Shown: positions 26,346 to 37,843 of the stretch, in pieces
How the letters are laid out: every line of letters begins with the position of its first letter
Numbering within the stretch: the first letter of the stretch is position 1
DNA from: an uncultured Candidatus Rokubacteria bacterium
Lineage (GTDB): Bacteria > Methylomirabilota > Methylomirabilia > Rokubacteriales > DASRDR01
DNA: 64,000 bases
NCBI GenBank assembly: GCA_963708025.1
Contig: CAVPSB010000031.1
Coordinates: forward strand, 192,001 to 256,000
Reading direction: 5' to 3'
Notes under the pieces: model-generated
What the model was told of the DNA's origin: nothing
Databases searched by the model: none
The model's input: the letters and a program-made list of their open reading frames with translations, nothing else
Made by a program: the position numbers and the translations under genes

Positions 26346-26524
26346 TTCGCTCACTCTCCCGATCCCGCCCCGCCCGGTCCGTTAGAATGGTCTCATGCGG
26401 GGTGTCCGATCCCTTTCCGCCTCTCGTAGCCGGCTCGCCACGGACGAGCGCGCGGCCTGCCTGAAGGCCCAGGAATCCCGGCGGCGCTCGAGAGCCGCCG
26501 CTGGCCCCGCAGGCTAGGGGTCGC

Positions 26525-27163
26525 GTGCGAAAGATCGTCGTCGTCGCCCTCCTCGTCACGCTGGTCGCTGGTCTGCTCGTGCTGGCGGCCGCCGGCTACG
26601 AGGCCTGGAGCCTCGGGGCGAGCCTGGCGCGTCTGGTGCGGGATCCCCGCGGTGCCCGCGCGCCGTCCGGCTCGACCGGACGCGAGGTCGCGCCCCGGCA
26701 ACCCGGATCGCGGTCGGCGCCGGCCGAGCCGGCGGGCGAGTCGACGTCCGCCACGGTCAGCTTCACGCTGACGCAGGAGGACCTGGGCCGGCTGCTGGGG
26801 CGACGCGACGGGTGGCTCGGCGGCGCGCTCACCGTGACGCGCGTCGTCACTTGTCGTCTCGCGGCGGGGCGCATCGCCCTCGAGACCGACAACCGGCTCC
26901 GGCTCCTCGGCTTGACCATCGCCGGCTACCCTGGTTACTCCGACTGGAGCCTGAGTCCCCTCCAGTCAGGGCTCGGGGTGAGGTTGAACGAGCTCCGGCT
27001 GCTCGGCGTCACGATCCCGGGCGCGTCCCGGCTGGTGCAGCGGCTCGGGAGGCGGGAGGACGGGTGGGTCGTCGTTCCGACCGGGTCCCGGCACCGGCTC
27101 GAGCGGGTCGAGGCGGCGGATGGGAAGCTGAGCGTCGCGGGGACGGTGCGCGGGCGGACGTAG
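26525..27163 (+). CDS. Membrane-anchored hypothetical protein
   Basis: N-terminal TM/signal segment, low-complexity linker, beta-rich C-terminal domain. Confidence 0.6.
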   Translation: MRKIVVVALLVTLVAGLLVLAAAGYEAWSLGASLARLVRDPRGARAPSGSTGREVAPRQPGSRSAPAEPAGESTSATVSFTLTQEDLGRLLGRRDGWLGGALTVTRVVTCRLAAGRIALETDNRLRLLGLTIAGYPGYSDWSLSPLQSGLGVRLNELRLLGVTIPGASRLVQRLGRREDGWVVVPTGSRHRLERVEAADGKLSVAGTVRGRT

Positions 27164-27224
27164 GAGCCCGCCGGTGCGAGGGCTGGTCGCCGCGCTCAGC
27201 CCCCGTGAAGAAACCCGAAGAGCT

Positions 27225-28658
27225 TCAGCCCCTCGCCCAGGCCAGATCCGGGCGCCGGGTGTGCCACTCGGTCGCCTGCTCGTAAGCGTAGGCCACCCGG
27301 AGCGCCATCTCTTCCTGGAACGGCTTGGCGTAGACCATCAACCCGATCGGCAGGCCGTCCCGGGTGAACCCGCAGGGCAGCGAGATGCCGCACCAGTTCA
27401 GGATGTTCCCGATCGAGGTGTTGCGGAGGTACCGGCCGTTGTAGTCGCTGTAGCTCTCGCGGGTCGCGTCGATGAACTCCAGCGGCCGCGCGGGGATCAT
27501 CGTCGCGGGGACGATGAGCGCGTCCACGTCCCGCAGCGTGTGCTGGACCTGCCGGCGGTACGCCGCGTAGCGGCGCAGGAGCGCGAAGTAGTCGGTGGCC
27601 GGCATCGTGCGGCCGGCGATCATGCGATGGGACACCACCGGGTCGAGGGCGTCGAAGTGCCGGTCCAGGAACTCCGCGTTGACCGCGCATGCCTCGGCGG
27701 CGGCCAGCAGGGGACGCGCCTTCTCGGCCCAGGCCTGGGCGACCTCGGGCACGGCGACGCTCCCGACGTGGGCCCCGAGGGACTGGAACACCTTGCCCGC
27801 CTCGCGGACGGCCGTCTCGACCTCGGCGTCCACGTCGTCGAAGAAGAGCGTCTCGCCGAACGCGATCCGCAGGCCCCGGACGCCGTCCGTGAGGCCGGCC
27901 AGCGGTTCGTGCGGCGCCACACCCACCGTGGTCTCGTCCGCGAAGTCCACCCCCTGGAGCGCCTGGTAGACCAGGGCCGCGTCCTCCACCGAGCGGGTGA
28001 GGGGGCCGACCGAGTCCAGCGTCCAGGAGAGGGGGTAGACGCCGGCCCGGCTGATCCGCCCCACCGTCGTCTTGAGGCCGACGATGCCACAGAGCGCGGC
28101 GGGGATCCGCACCGACCCCCCGGTGTCGCTCCCCAGCGCCATCGGCACCAGGCCCGCCGCCACCGCCACCGCGGTGCCGCTCGAGGAGCCGCCGGGGGCG
28201 TGCGGCGTCCGGCTCCACGGGTTGTGGGGCGTGCCCTGGTCGTGGTTGATCCCCACGCCCCCGAAGGCGAACTGAACGGTGTAGGTCTTGCCGGCGAGGA
28301 CCATCCCGGCCGCGGCGAGCTTGCGGACGACCGAGCAGTCGGCGCGGGCGACGTTGCCGGCCAGGAGGTGCGTCCCCGCCGTCGTCGGCAGGCCATGGAC
28401 GTCGTAGAGGTCCTTGGCCCCGTACGGGATGCCGTGGAGCGGGCCAAGGTCCTGACCGCTCTTCAGCACGCGCTCGGCGGCGTGCGCCTCGGCCAGCGCT
28501 CGCTCCCGGCTCACCAGGATGAAGGCGTGGAGACGCGGGTCGAGCGCGTCGATCCGCGCCAGGCACTGTTCCGTCAGCGCGACCGGGCTCAGCTCACCGC
28601 GCCGGATGCGGGCGCCCAGCGTGACGAGGGATTCGAAGGCGAGGTCGGGGTCGGCCAT
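27225..28658 (-). CDS. Amidase signature family protein
   Basis: GPLHGIPYGAKD, PGGSSSG, GSDTGGSVRIPA. Confidence 0.92.
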   Translation of the reverse strand: MADPDLAFESLVTLGARIRRGELSPVALTEQCLARIDALDPRLHAFILVSRERALAEAHAAERVLKSGQDLGPLHGIPYGAKDLYDVHGLPTTAGTHLLAGNVARADCSVVRKLAAAGMVLAGKTYTVQFAFGGVGINHDQGTPHNPWSRTPHAPGGSSSGTAVAVAAGLVPMALGSDTGGSVRIPAALCGIVGLKTTVGRISRAGVYPLSWTLDSVGPLTRSVEDAALVYQALQGVDFADETTVGVAPHEPLAGLTDGVRGLRIAFGETLFFDDVDAEVETAVREAGKVFQSLGAHVGSVAVPEVAQAWAEKARPLLAAAEACAVNAEFLDRHFDALDPVVSHRMIAGRTMPATDYFALLRRYAAYRRQVQHTLRDVDALIVPATMIPARPLEFIDATRESYSDYNGRYLRNTSIGNILNWCGISLPCGFTRDGLPIGLMVYAKPFQEEMALRVAYAYEQATEWHTRRPDLAWARG

Positions 28659-28803
28659 GGGGATCCTCCGGTGGGGGTTCGCGGCACGACGACGCCTCCC
28701 GACCCTAGCGACCGCACCGCCTAGCGTCAAGCCCCGCCGCAGGCCCCGCCGCCGAGCCCCGCCCCCGGTTGAGGGGCGGGCGACCCCCGTGCTACAAGGA
28801 GGC

Positions 28804-29208
28804 ATGCCCCGCGCCGCGCTGCGGGCTATCGTCCTGCCCTTCCTGACGGGATGCGCCGCTGTCCCCGCGGATCGCCAGCCCGCCGTGCCCCCCGCATTGC
28901 TCCCGCTCTCCCGCCTCTTCGCCAACCCGCAGGCCACCTGGGGCTATCGCGTGTCGCCAGCCGGCCGCCGCCTCGGCTGGATCAGCTCCCACCAGGGGCG
29001 GACCACGATCTTCTTCAGGGAGATCGACACCGACCGGCGCGGGGTGATCGACACGCATTCCCGGCGGTCGGTCCAGGGATACGTCGTGTTCTCGGACGAG
29101 GGGCACCGGCGCGACTACGGCAACTGGCGGAACGCGATCCGCCACTACACCGAGGGCGAGAGCTTCCTGGCCGATTGTCTGGGCGGTCGCCGCCCCGGGT
29201 CTTCCTGA
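28804..29208 (+). pseudogene. Internally deleted S9-family (prolyl oligopeptidase) lipoprotein
   Basis: Lipobox LTGC and the first propeller strand (RVSPAGRRLGW) are joined directly to the C-terminal YVVFSDEGH...ESFLADCLGGR. Confidence 0.65.
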
Positions 29209-29213
29209 TCGGC

Positions 29214-29486
29214 GTGTGGGAAGAGCACTGCGGCCTCTGCTGGCGGGCCGCCGTGGTGCGCGAGTGGGCGGAGCGCCCGGGCTGGATCGAGGTTGACTGC
29301 CCGGCGTGCGGCCCCTTCCGGGTCGAGCGCCGGTTCTGGGTGGCGGCCCACCTGAAGAAGGCCCGGAGCCCGGTCGCCTTCCGGGGCCTGGTCGGGTGGC
29401 TCGCCGAGCACCGCCAGCGGGACTGGCGCCCGGAGATCCCCTTCGACGACTGGGAGGCGGTCGTCCCGCCTCCCGGGGATCGGTAG
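29214..29486 (+). CDS. Small putative zinc-ribbon protein
   Basis: CGLC...CPACG pair of CxxC motifs. Confidence 0.5.
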   Translation: MWEEHCGLCWRAAVVREWAERPGWIEVDCPACGPFRVERRFWVAAHLKKARSPVAFRGLVGWLAEHRQRDWRPEIPFDDWEAVVPPPGDR

Positions 29487-29577
29487 CCGCCGGTCATCCC
29501 GCCCCCGGCGAGGCGGCGGCGGCGCGCACCGCCTTTTCGGGCGCTGGCGCGGCTCGTCCGCTATGATAGGGGGCGAC

Positions 29578-31296
<1,719 letters not shown>

Positions 31297-31355
31297 TCAC
31301 GGGCGCCGGCGGCGCGGCCGCATCCCCGCCTTCCCCCGATTCCCGGACGGGCCCC

Positions 31356-32567
31356 GTGCCGTCGCGCGCCTCCCTGCTCTCCGGGTCGCCAGGCTTCCGC
31401 TGGCTCTGGCTGGCGACCCTGGTCTCGACGCTCGGCGACTGGATGGGCTTCGTCGCCCTCAACCTCTACGTCTTCGCCCTCACCGGCTCGGCGACCGCGC
31501 TGGCCGGCGTGCTCGCCGCCGAGGCGGTGCCTGCCCTGCTCCTGGGGCCGGCGGCGGGGGTCGTCGCGGATCGCGTCAGCCGGCGGCGCATCATGATCGT
31601 GGCCAACCTGGTGGCGGCAGTCACCTACGCCCTGCTGGCGCTTTCGACCTCGCTCTGGCAGATCTACGCGCTGGCGCTCCTGACCCGCACGACGGCCACG
31701 TTCTTCGGGACGGCCGAGCGGGCGCTGATCCCCGACCTGGTCGGTCCTGATCGAGCCCTGGCCGCCAACTCCGCGCTGAGCGCCGCCACCTTCACCACGC
31801 TGGTCGTGGGGCCGGCCGCCGCCGGCCTGCTGGTGGCGGCGTACGGGGCGCCGGTGGCCCTGTGGGCCAATGCCCTGAGCTTCGTCGGGTCGGCTCTCTG
31901 CATCGCCCGCGTCGGGGAGCCGCCCACCGGCGGGTGCCCGGCCGGCCCGGACCGGCCGGGCTGGCTCGACGACATCCGGGCCGGTCTCGGCTACGCGCTC
32001 GCCCGCCCGGCGCTGCGGGTGGTCCTGCTCACCACGTTCGTCAGCTCCCTGGCGGCGGCGGCCCTGCTGACGATCGAGGTGGTCTACGTGAAGGACGTGC
32101 TCCGTGGCGGCGACCGGGGCTACGGCGTCCTGCTCTCGGTGTGCGGCCTCGGGGCCGTGGTGGCCTCGGCGGCCGCCGGGCCGCTGGGCCGGCGGGTCGG
32201 CCTGGCGGGCCCCTACGTCGTCAGCGCGGTGCTGGCCGGTCTCCTGTTCTTTCCCTACGCCAACGTGCCGGTCCTCTGGTTCGTCGTGGTGACGTCCGGG
32301 CTCCAGACCGTCCCCTGGGTCCTCGGCTCGATCCTGGTCGACACGATGGTGCAGCAGTGGGTCGCGCCGGACGTGCGGGGCCGGGTCTTCAGCCTCCTCC
32401 ACGTCCAGCGGAGCGCCGGCGCGGTCCTCGTCGCCGCGGCCCTGGCCCCGCTCGTCGATCGCTGGGGGCCGGTGGCGGTGCTGAACCTGTCGGGCGGCGT
32501 CTACACGCTGGCCGGCCTCTACGCGCTGGCCCGCCTGCGCGTGCTGGTCGGTTCGGATCGGGACTAG
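31356..32567 (+). CDS. MFS transporter (H+ antiporter/macrolide efflux-like)
   Basis: LWLATLVSTLGDWM, AGVVADRVSRRRIM, about 12 TM segments. Confidence 0.88.
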   Translation: MPSRASLLSGSPGFRWLWLATLVSTLGDWMGFVALNLYVFALTGSATALAGVLAAEAVPALLLGPAAGVVADRVSRRRIMIVANLVAAVTYALLALSTSLWQIYALALLTRTTATFFGTAERALIPDLVGPDRALAANSALSAATFTTLVVGPAAAGLLVAAYGAPVALWANALSFVGSALCIARVGEPPTGGCPAGPDRPGWLDDIRAGLGYALARPALRVVLLTTFVSSLAAAALLTIEVVYVKDVLRGGDRGYGVLLSVCGLGAVVASAAAGPLGRRVGLAGPYVVSAVLAGLLFFPYANVPVLWFVVVTSGLQTVPWVLGSILVDTMVQQWVAPDVRGRVFSLLHVQRSAGAVLVAAALAPLVDRWGPVAVLNLSGGVYTLAGLYALARLRVLVGSDRD

Positions 32568-33100
32568 CGAGGCAGGGCGGCGAGGAGGGCGGTGGGGTCG
32601 GCGTTGTCGCCGAAGGTCCGGCTCAGGTGGGCGAAGCGGTCGACGTTGCCGGGGCCGAAGACGAAGCTGCCCCCGAGCTGGAACGGGTTGTGTCCCGTCC
32701 GGTACTGCCGGTGGCCCGCCGCCTTCGCGCGGGCCCGGGCGGCGGCGTTGCCGAGGCGGAGGAGGTGCAAGATCGACGCGCGGTGGAGGCCGGCGGCGCG
32801 GTAGGCTTCCCGCTGCTCGTCGAGCAGGAGCGGAAAGCGGATGCCGGTCTCGTCGCGGAACGCCCGCGCGTACTCGCGGTCCCCGAGCCCGATGGCGGCC
32901 AGATTGACGCCGGCCTTCTGGAATTCCCGTTCGTGCGCGCGCAACTGCGCCACGTGCTGGCGGCAGAAGATTCAGCCGTAGTGGCGAAGGAAGACCAGGA
33001 CCGCCACGTTCTCCGCCCACAGGAAGCCCAGCCGGACCTTCCGGCCCTCGGGGTCCGGCAGGGTGATCGGGGCCAGCCGCTGGGCGAGGGTCAGCGCCAC
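32564..33100 (-). CDS. Putative selenoprotein, AhpC/TSA_2 (Prx-like) thioredoxin fold with UxxC motif
   Basis: GGAGG RBS plus GTG 33100; VLVFLRHYG-TGA-IFCRQHVAQL continues in frame to FPLLLD and QLGGSFVF. The TGA at 32972-32974 sits at the first Cys position of CxxC. Confidence 0.8.
32945..32966 (-). promoter_or_regulatory. Candidate bacterial SECIS hairpin
   Basis: After UGA: AUCUU-CUG-C-CGCCA-GCACG-UGGCG-CAG, a stem with a bulge and a G-initiated apical loop. Confidence 0.55.
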
Positions 33101-35121
33101 GCGGCCACCTCCACCCGGGTGTCGTTGAAGCAGGCCCCACCGGAGAGGTCGGCGTGGTGGCCGGGGACCAGGGCCGAGACGGTCTGCCCGTTGTCGCTGG
33201 TCCGGAGCCAGGTGCCCTTCCACGTGGCGACGACACCGGCGGGGACGACGTCGGTCACCCGGAGGGGCAGGTGGACCTCGCCGAGGTCGTTCCAGACCTT
33301 CACGGTGGTCCCGTCGGCGAGCCCGCGGGCCCGGGCGTCCTCCGGGTGCATCTCCAGGGGCGGCGGCCCGCCGCTCGACCGGGAGGCCCCGAACGTCGAG
33401 GTGATGCGCCGGTCCGAGGCGGGCGAGATCAGGAGCAGCGGGAAGGGGGACTCGTACGGCCGGTAGCCGGGCAGCGGCTGGCCGAACTTGTCGCCCAGGT
33501 AGCCCGAGAGCAGCTCGACCTTCCCCGACGGCGTCTTGGGGAAGACGTTGCGGAAGAGCACGGCGTCCTCGCCGTCGACCGTCATGGCGAGAGCCCGGTC
33601 GGTCGGCAGCTGGCTCGGCCGCACGCCACCGAGCCGTGGGTCGGCGGGATCGAGCGCCTCGTCCATCAGCTGGGCGTCGCTGGCCCGGAAGGCCGGGTCG
33701 TCGAAGCCGAAGCGGGCGGCGAGCCGCCGGAAGATCTCGGTGTTGGGGAGCGACTCGCCGACCCGCGCGATGACGGGCTCGGCCCGCTGGAGCCAGTGCT
33801 GGCCGTAGGCGGGGTAGATGTCGTCGAACTCGAAGTGGCTGGAGGCCGGCAGCACCACGTCGGCGTACGCCAGGCTGTCCGTCATCACCACGTCGATGCC
33901 CACCGTGAACAGGTCGTCCCGCTCCAGCCCGCGCCGCATCCGGTTCTGGTCGGGGTGGACGATGAGCGGGTTGTGGTTGTAGACGAAGACCGCCTTGATC
34001 GGCGGCGCCAGCGTCGGGTCGGTGAGGTGGGCGCCGACGTCCACGATGTTCAAGGTCCGCGTGCCCGGGGGGCAGAGGTCCGGCCGCTGGAGCCGCTGCG
34101 GGGTCTTGGGGAAGGCGTAGCCGGCGCCGTTGACCAGGCCGCCGCCCGGCACGCCGAGCTTCCCGGCCAGCGCGGCCAGGGCAAAGATGGCGCGGATGCC
34201 GCTGCCGCCGTTCTGGTTGCGCTCCAGACCGTTCCCCACGCTGATCGCAGCCGGCGAGAGGTTCTGGTACCACTCGACGAGCTGGCGGATCTGGTCCTCC
34301 GGCAGATTGCAAACGCGGGCGGCCCCGGCCACCGTCACCTGGCGCGCCCGCGCCATGTACTCCTCGAAGCCGTGGACGTGGCGCTCGATGAACGCCCGGT
34401 CGAGCCCGCCCCGCCGCTCCAGCTCGGCCGTCACCGCCCAGGCCAGGATCACGTCGGTGCCCGGGCGGAGCGCCAGGTGCAGGTCGGCCTGCTCGGCGAT
34501 CTTGATGCGGCGGGGGTCGACCACGACCAGCTTGCCGCCGGCGCGGCGGGCCTCGTTGATGACCGGGGTGAAGTGCAGGTTGCAGTAGGTGACGTTGTTG
34601 CCCCACGCGACGATGAGCCGGGCCTGCGCCGCCTGCTCGGGCCGGATGCCGGGGACCGGGCCGAACGTCCCCAGCCAGGCCTCGGTGCGGATGCCCCCGC
34701 AGAGCGGCTTCCGGTCCAGGAGCGACGCGCCCAGGCGGTGGAAGAAGCGCAGGTCCATGGAGGCGTACGCCAGCATCCCGTGCGGGCCCGCGTAGTTGAG
34801 CGGGAGGACGGCCTCCGGCCCGTGGGTCCGGACGACCGCGCCGACCCGCTCGTGGATCAGGTCCAGCGCCGCGTCCCAGGCGATCCGCTCGAACCGCCCC
34901 TCGCCCTTCCGCCCGACGCGACGGAGCGGCGTGAGGAGCCGCCCCTCCCCGTGGACGAACTCGGGGTGATCACGGGCCACCTTGGTGCAGATCACGCCGG
35001 CCGTGTAGGGGTTGGCCCGGGACCCGCGGATCTGGACGATCCGCTCGTCCTCGACCGTGACGGTGAGGCTGCAGGTGTCGGGGCAGTCCAGGGGACAGAC
35101 GCTGGCTCGCTCGCTGCGCAT
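33091..35121 (-). CDS. Molybdopterin-dependent oxidoreductase (DMSO reductase superfamily, 4Fe-4S N-terminus)
   Basis: CPLDCPDTC...ICTK, VVVDPRR, ADVVLPA, C-terminal molybdopterin-dinucleotide-binding domain (MHPEDARARGL). Confidence 0.92.
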   Translation of the reverse strand: MRSERASVCPLDCPDTCSLTVTVEDERIVQIRGSRANPYTAGVICTKVARDHPEFVHGEGRLLTPLRRVGRKGEGRFERIAWDAALDLIHERVGAVVRTHGPEAVLPLNYAGPHGMLAYASMDLRFFHRLGASLLDRKPLCGGIRTEAWLGTFGPVPGIRPEQAAQARLIVAWGNNVTYCNLHFTPVINEARRAGGKLVVVDPRRIKIAEQADLHLALRPGTDVILAWAVTAELERRGGLDRAFIERHVHGFEEYMARARQVTVAGAARVCNLPEDQIRQLVEWYQNLSPAAISVGNGLERNQNGGSGIRAIFALAALAGKLGVPGGGLVNGAGYAFPKTPQRLQRPDLCPPGTRTLNIVDVGAHLTDPTLAPPIKAVFVYNHNPLIVHPDQNRMRRGLERDDLFTVGIDVVMTDSLAYADVVLPASSHFEFDDIYPAYGQHWLQRAEPVIARVGESLPNTEIFRRLAARFGFDDPAFRASDAQLMDEALDPADPRLGGVRPSQLPTDRALAMTVDGEDAVLFRNVFPKTPSGKVELLSGYLGDKFGQPLPGYRPYESPFPLLLISPASDRRITSTFGASRSSGGPPPLEMHPEDARARGLADGTTVKVWNDLGEVHLPLRVTDVVPAGVVATWKGTWLRTSDNGQTVSALVPGHHADLSGGACFNDTRVEVAAWR

Positions 35122-35431
35122 CGTTGGCTCCCGTGCCCGGTCATGCTAAGCCGAGCCGGCCAGTCGCGCAAGCGCGGGATTGCCGGCCCGGCGGTTGATC
35201 GCGGCCCCTCCGGGAGTATAAGGAGATTGCTCGCCGAGGGAGGCGGCCTCACCAACCTCGACTTCCGGGCCGGCGCCGGTGAGCTATCCTTCCCGGAGGC
35301 GGGCGACGACCCGATCGCCCGACTCGGCCAGCGGAAAGCCCCCGCGGCGATCCACGGCACCATGGACGATTTCTACCCGGAGACGGTTCGGGTCCTGAAG
35401 CCCTCACCGCGGAGCTGACCGGGCCGGCCCG

Positions 35432-37843
35432 TCAGCGGCCGAGCGCGAGCCCGGCGGCCACCGCTTCCCGCGCCGTGGCGCGGGGCGCCGGCCCGGGGGC
35501 GCTGAGGTCGATGGTCACGCGCAACGCCCGCAGCCCCTGGACTCCCTGCAGCTCTTCCAGCTCCAGCTCCTCGGGCTCCCCCGTCAGGTAGCCGATCGCC
35601 TTCAGGTACTCGAGATACTCGCGGTACTCCACCGCCTCGGACCGCTGGGAGTACACGATGGCGATCTTCCCCGGCTGGGTGACCCGCTCGGTCGTGCCCC
35701 GGATCACCGCCTTGTCGATCCGCTTCTTGATGACCTCGTAGCGGACGTTGTAGGCGCCGTCCACGTCGAACCGCTTCTCGTCGAAGCGGAAGCGGATGGC
35801 CAGGGGGACGTGCTGGACGAGGATCAGGTGGGCGGTCTCCAGGGGCACCGGCAGACGGCCCCGCAGGGCGTCGGTCCGCCGCGCGACCCCGCAGGTGACC
35901 ATGAGCTGCCAGAGGCGGAGGTTCCGCAGGTACAGCTCGTCGAACACGCCGTCTTCCACGAGCGAAGCGCCGGCGTAGATCCCGTAGTCGACGCCGTCGG
36001 TCTGCTGCTTCTCGTAGTAGTGGGGGAACATCGCCTGCGCCATCTCCTGCTCGGCGTCGAGGTAGCCGGAGATGGTGTCGTTGATCAGGGTGACGCTCTC
36101 CTCGTACTCCTTCCGGCGCCGGTACACGGTGCCGAGTCGCGGGTCGAGGGCCGCCCGGTAATCCTCGACCCGCTCGCGCACGGCGGGAGCGAACCCGGCC
36201 AGGTGGTCGAAGCGAGGCTCGACCTGCTGCCGCAGGAAGCCCACGGTCCGGAGGTCGTCGCCCGTGCTCGGGTTCGTCTCGACCCGCGCGATGTACCGGT
36301 CGATCCGGTAGCCGAGCTCGTCGAGGGCCGGCAGGGGCTTGGCCTCCCGCGCCGCCCGCACGATCTGCCGGGCCAAGTCGAGGTGGGTGAGGAGGTCGGC
36401 CTGGACGGCCAGGTTCCGCTCGGTCGAGGAGCCGCGGATGTCGGAGACCGCGTACAGGGGGTACACGTCCCGGAAGACGATCGGCTCCATCTCCACGGCG
36501 CCGCTCTCGGCCCGCCGCTCCATCGTCTGGAGGGCAGCCTGGCGGAAACGCCACTCCACCGAGGGATGGATCGCCGTGCACTTCTCCTTGATGATCGTCT
36601 GGATCCGGTGCTCCAGCTCCTCCAGGCTCCGCTTGACGGCCATGGAGAAGAGCGGCAAGACCTCCCGGAGCTTCAGGGCGCTCATGGGCGTCAGGTCGCC
36701 GGGGCTGGGCGAGCCCAGCTCGAGGGTGCCGATCAGCTGGTCCTGGTAGTGAAGGGGGGCCACGATCATGCTGCGCACGCCCCGCTCCAGGATGGCGTCC
36801 TCGATGCAGGTCCGGTCGGGGTACGCGGCCAGGTCCGGAATGATGAGCGGCTGACCCTGGCGGCAGGCCCGGTCGTACACCGATCCGGCGAATTCCTTCA
36901 GGGTGTGGTGGGCGGAGTCGGCGAACAGGCAGCGGTGCTCGAACTGGTGCCCGTAGTTGAGCACGAACACCTGTTCTCCCTGGATGGCGGCCAGGCCGAG
37001 CCGCAGGTCGCAGCGGCGGAGGAACGCGCACAGCTTGTCCTGGAGGTGCTGGAAGCGGGCGTTCGAGACGATCGACTCCCGCTCGATCAGGTCTCGCTTG
37101 AGGGCGGAGAGGATCTCCTGGTCGGTGACGTCCACGGCCTTGAGGACCCCGAACCCCCGGAAGACGAACGACCCGGGCGGGATCAGCTCGAGCAGGAGGT
37201 CCGGGTCGCCGAGGTTCGCGAGGAGCCGCCGGCGATCGGCGTCGCCGAGAGGGGGCGCCCCCCCGATCGCCTCGACCTCGAGGAAGCGGGGATCGTGCTG
37301 GAGGCTGAAGTGGCGCTCGAGTCCGGAATCGGGATCGGTGGTCGTGACGATGATCGGGTAGTCGAGGGTCAGCTCGATGTCGTAGTACTTGCGGAGGATG
37401 AGGCCGTAGGCCTTCAGGAGCTTGCCGGCGGCCATGGTGTGCGAGTCGAGGTTGAGCCGCCCCCGCAAGCCGCCCCCGTCGGCCATCAGCAGGCGCTCGA
37501 ACGTCGGCGAGGCGTAGACGTATTGCATCGCGAAGGGGACCATCGCCGCCGCCACGTCCCGCTCCCACGACGCCGCTGGAAAGACCTTGGCCATCAGGAC
37601 CTCGACCAGCTCCCGGTGCCGGGCGATGCTCGCCAGGTCGTGGATCGGCTCGAGCAGCTCGGGCGCCTTCCGCAGCGCCTCCTGGACGGCCCCGAGGAGG
37701 GCCGCCTTGACCCCCGGCTCACCGGGTCCGGTCTCGTGCCAGGCGGCGATCAGCGGCGCGAGGCTCAGCTCTCGCCGGAAGGGGAATCCCGTCGGGTCCA
37801 GGTTGACCGGGAAGCGGGTCTCGACGGTCGCGGTCCGGTTCAT
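35432..37843 (-). CDS. GAF domain-containing protein
   Basis: GAF segment (LIIPDL...VRSMIVAPL..QDQLIGTLEL), then IHPSVEWRF, YPLYAVSDIRGSS, FPHYYEKQQTDGV, FDVDGAYNVRYEVIKKRIDKA. Confidence 0.82.
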   Translation of the reverse strand: MNRTATVETRFPVNLDPTGFPFRRELSLAPLIAAWHETGPGEPGVKAALLGAVQEALRKAPELLEPIHDLASIARHRELVEVLMAKVFPAASWERDVAAAMVPFAMQYVYASPTFERLLMADGGGLRGRLNLDSHTMAAGKLLKAYGLILRKYYDIELTLDYPIIVTTTDPDSGLERHFSLQHDPRFLEVEAIGGAPPLGDADRRRLLANLGDPDLLLELIPPGSFVFRGFGVLKAVDVTDQEILSALKRDLIERESIVSNARFQHLQDKLCAFLRRCDLRLGLAAIQGEQVFVLNYGHQFEHRCLFADSAHHTLKEFAGSVYDRACRQGQPLIIPDLAAYPDRTCIEDAILERGVRSMIVAPLHYQDQLIGTLELGSPSPGDLTPMSALKLREVLPLFSMAVKRSLEELEHRIQTIIKEKCTAIHPSVEWRFRQAALQTMERRAESGAVEMEPIVFRDVYPLYAVSDIRGSSTERNLAVQADLLTHLDLARQIVRAAREAKPLPALDELGYRIDRYIARVETNPSTGDDLRTVGFLRQQVEPRFDHLAGFAPAVRERVEDYRAALDPRLGTVYRRRKEYEESVTLINDTISGYLDAEQEMAQAMFPHYYEKQQTDGVDYGIYAGASLVEDGVFDELYLRNLRLWQLMVTCGVARRTDALRGRLPVPLETAHLILVQHVPLAIRFRFDEKRFDVDGAYNVRYEVIKKRIDKAVIRGTTERVTQPGKIAIVYSQRSEAVEYREYLEYLKAIGYLTGEPEELELEELQGVQGLRALRVTIDLSAPGPAPRATAREAVAAGLALGR

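Noticed and set aside
27225-28658. Calling the amidase gatA because glnS is nearby
   Set aside because: No gatB or gatC is adjacent, and only generic amidase-signature motifs are seen.
35220-35418. Possible hydrolase C-terminal remnant (IHGTMDDFYP)
   Set aside because: The motif is too weak to call without a search.
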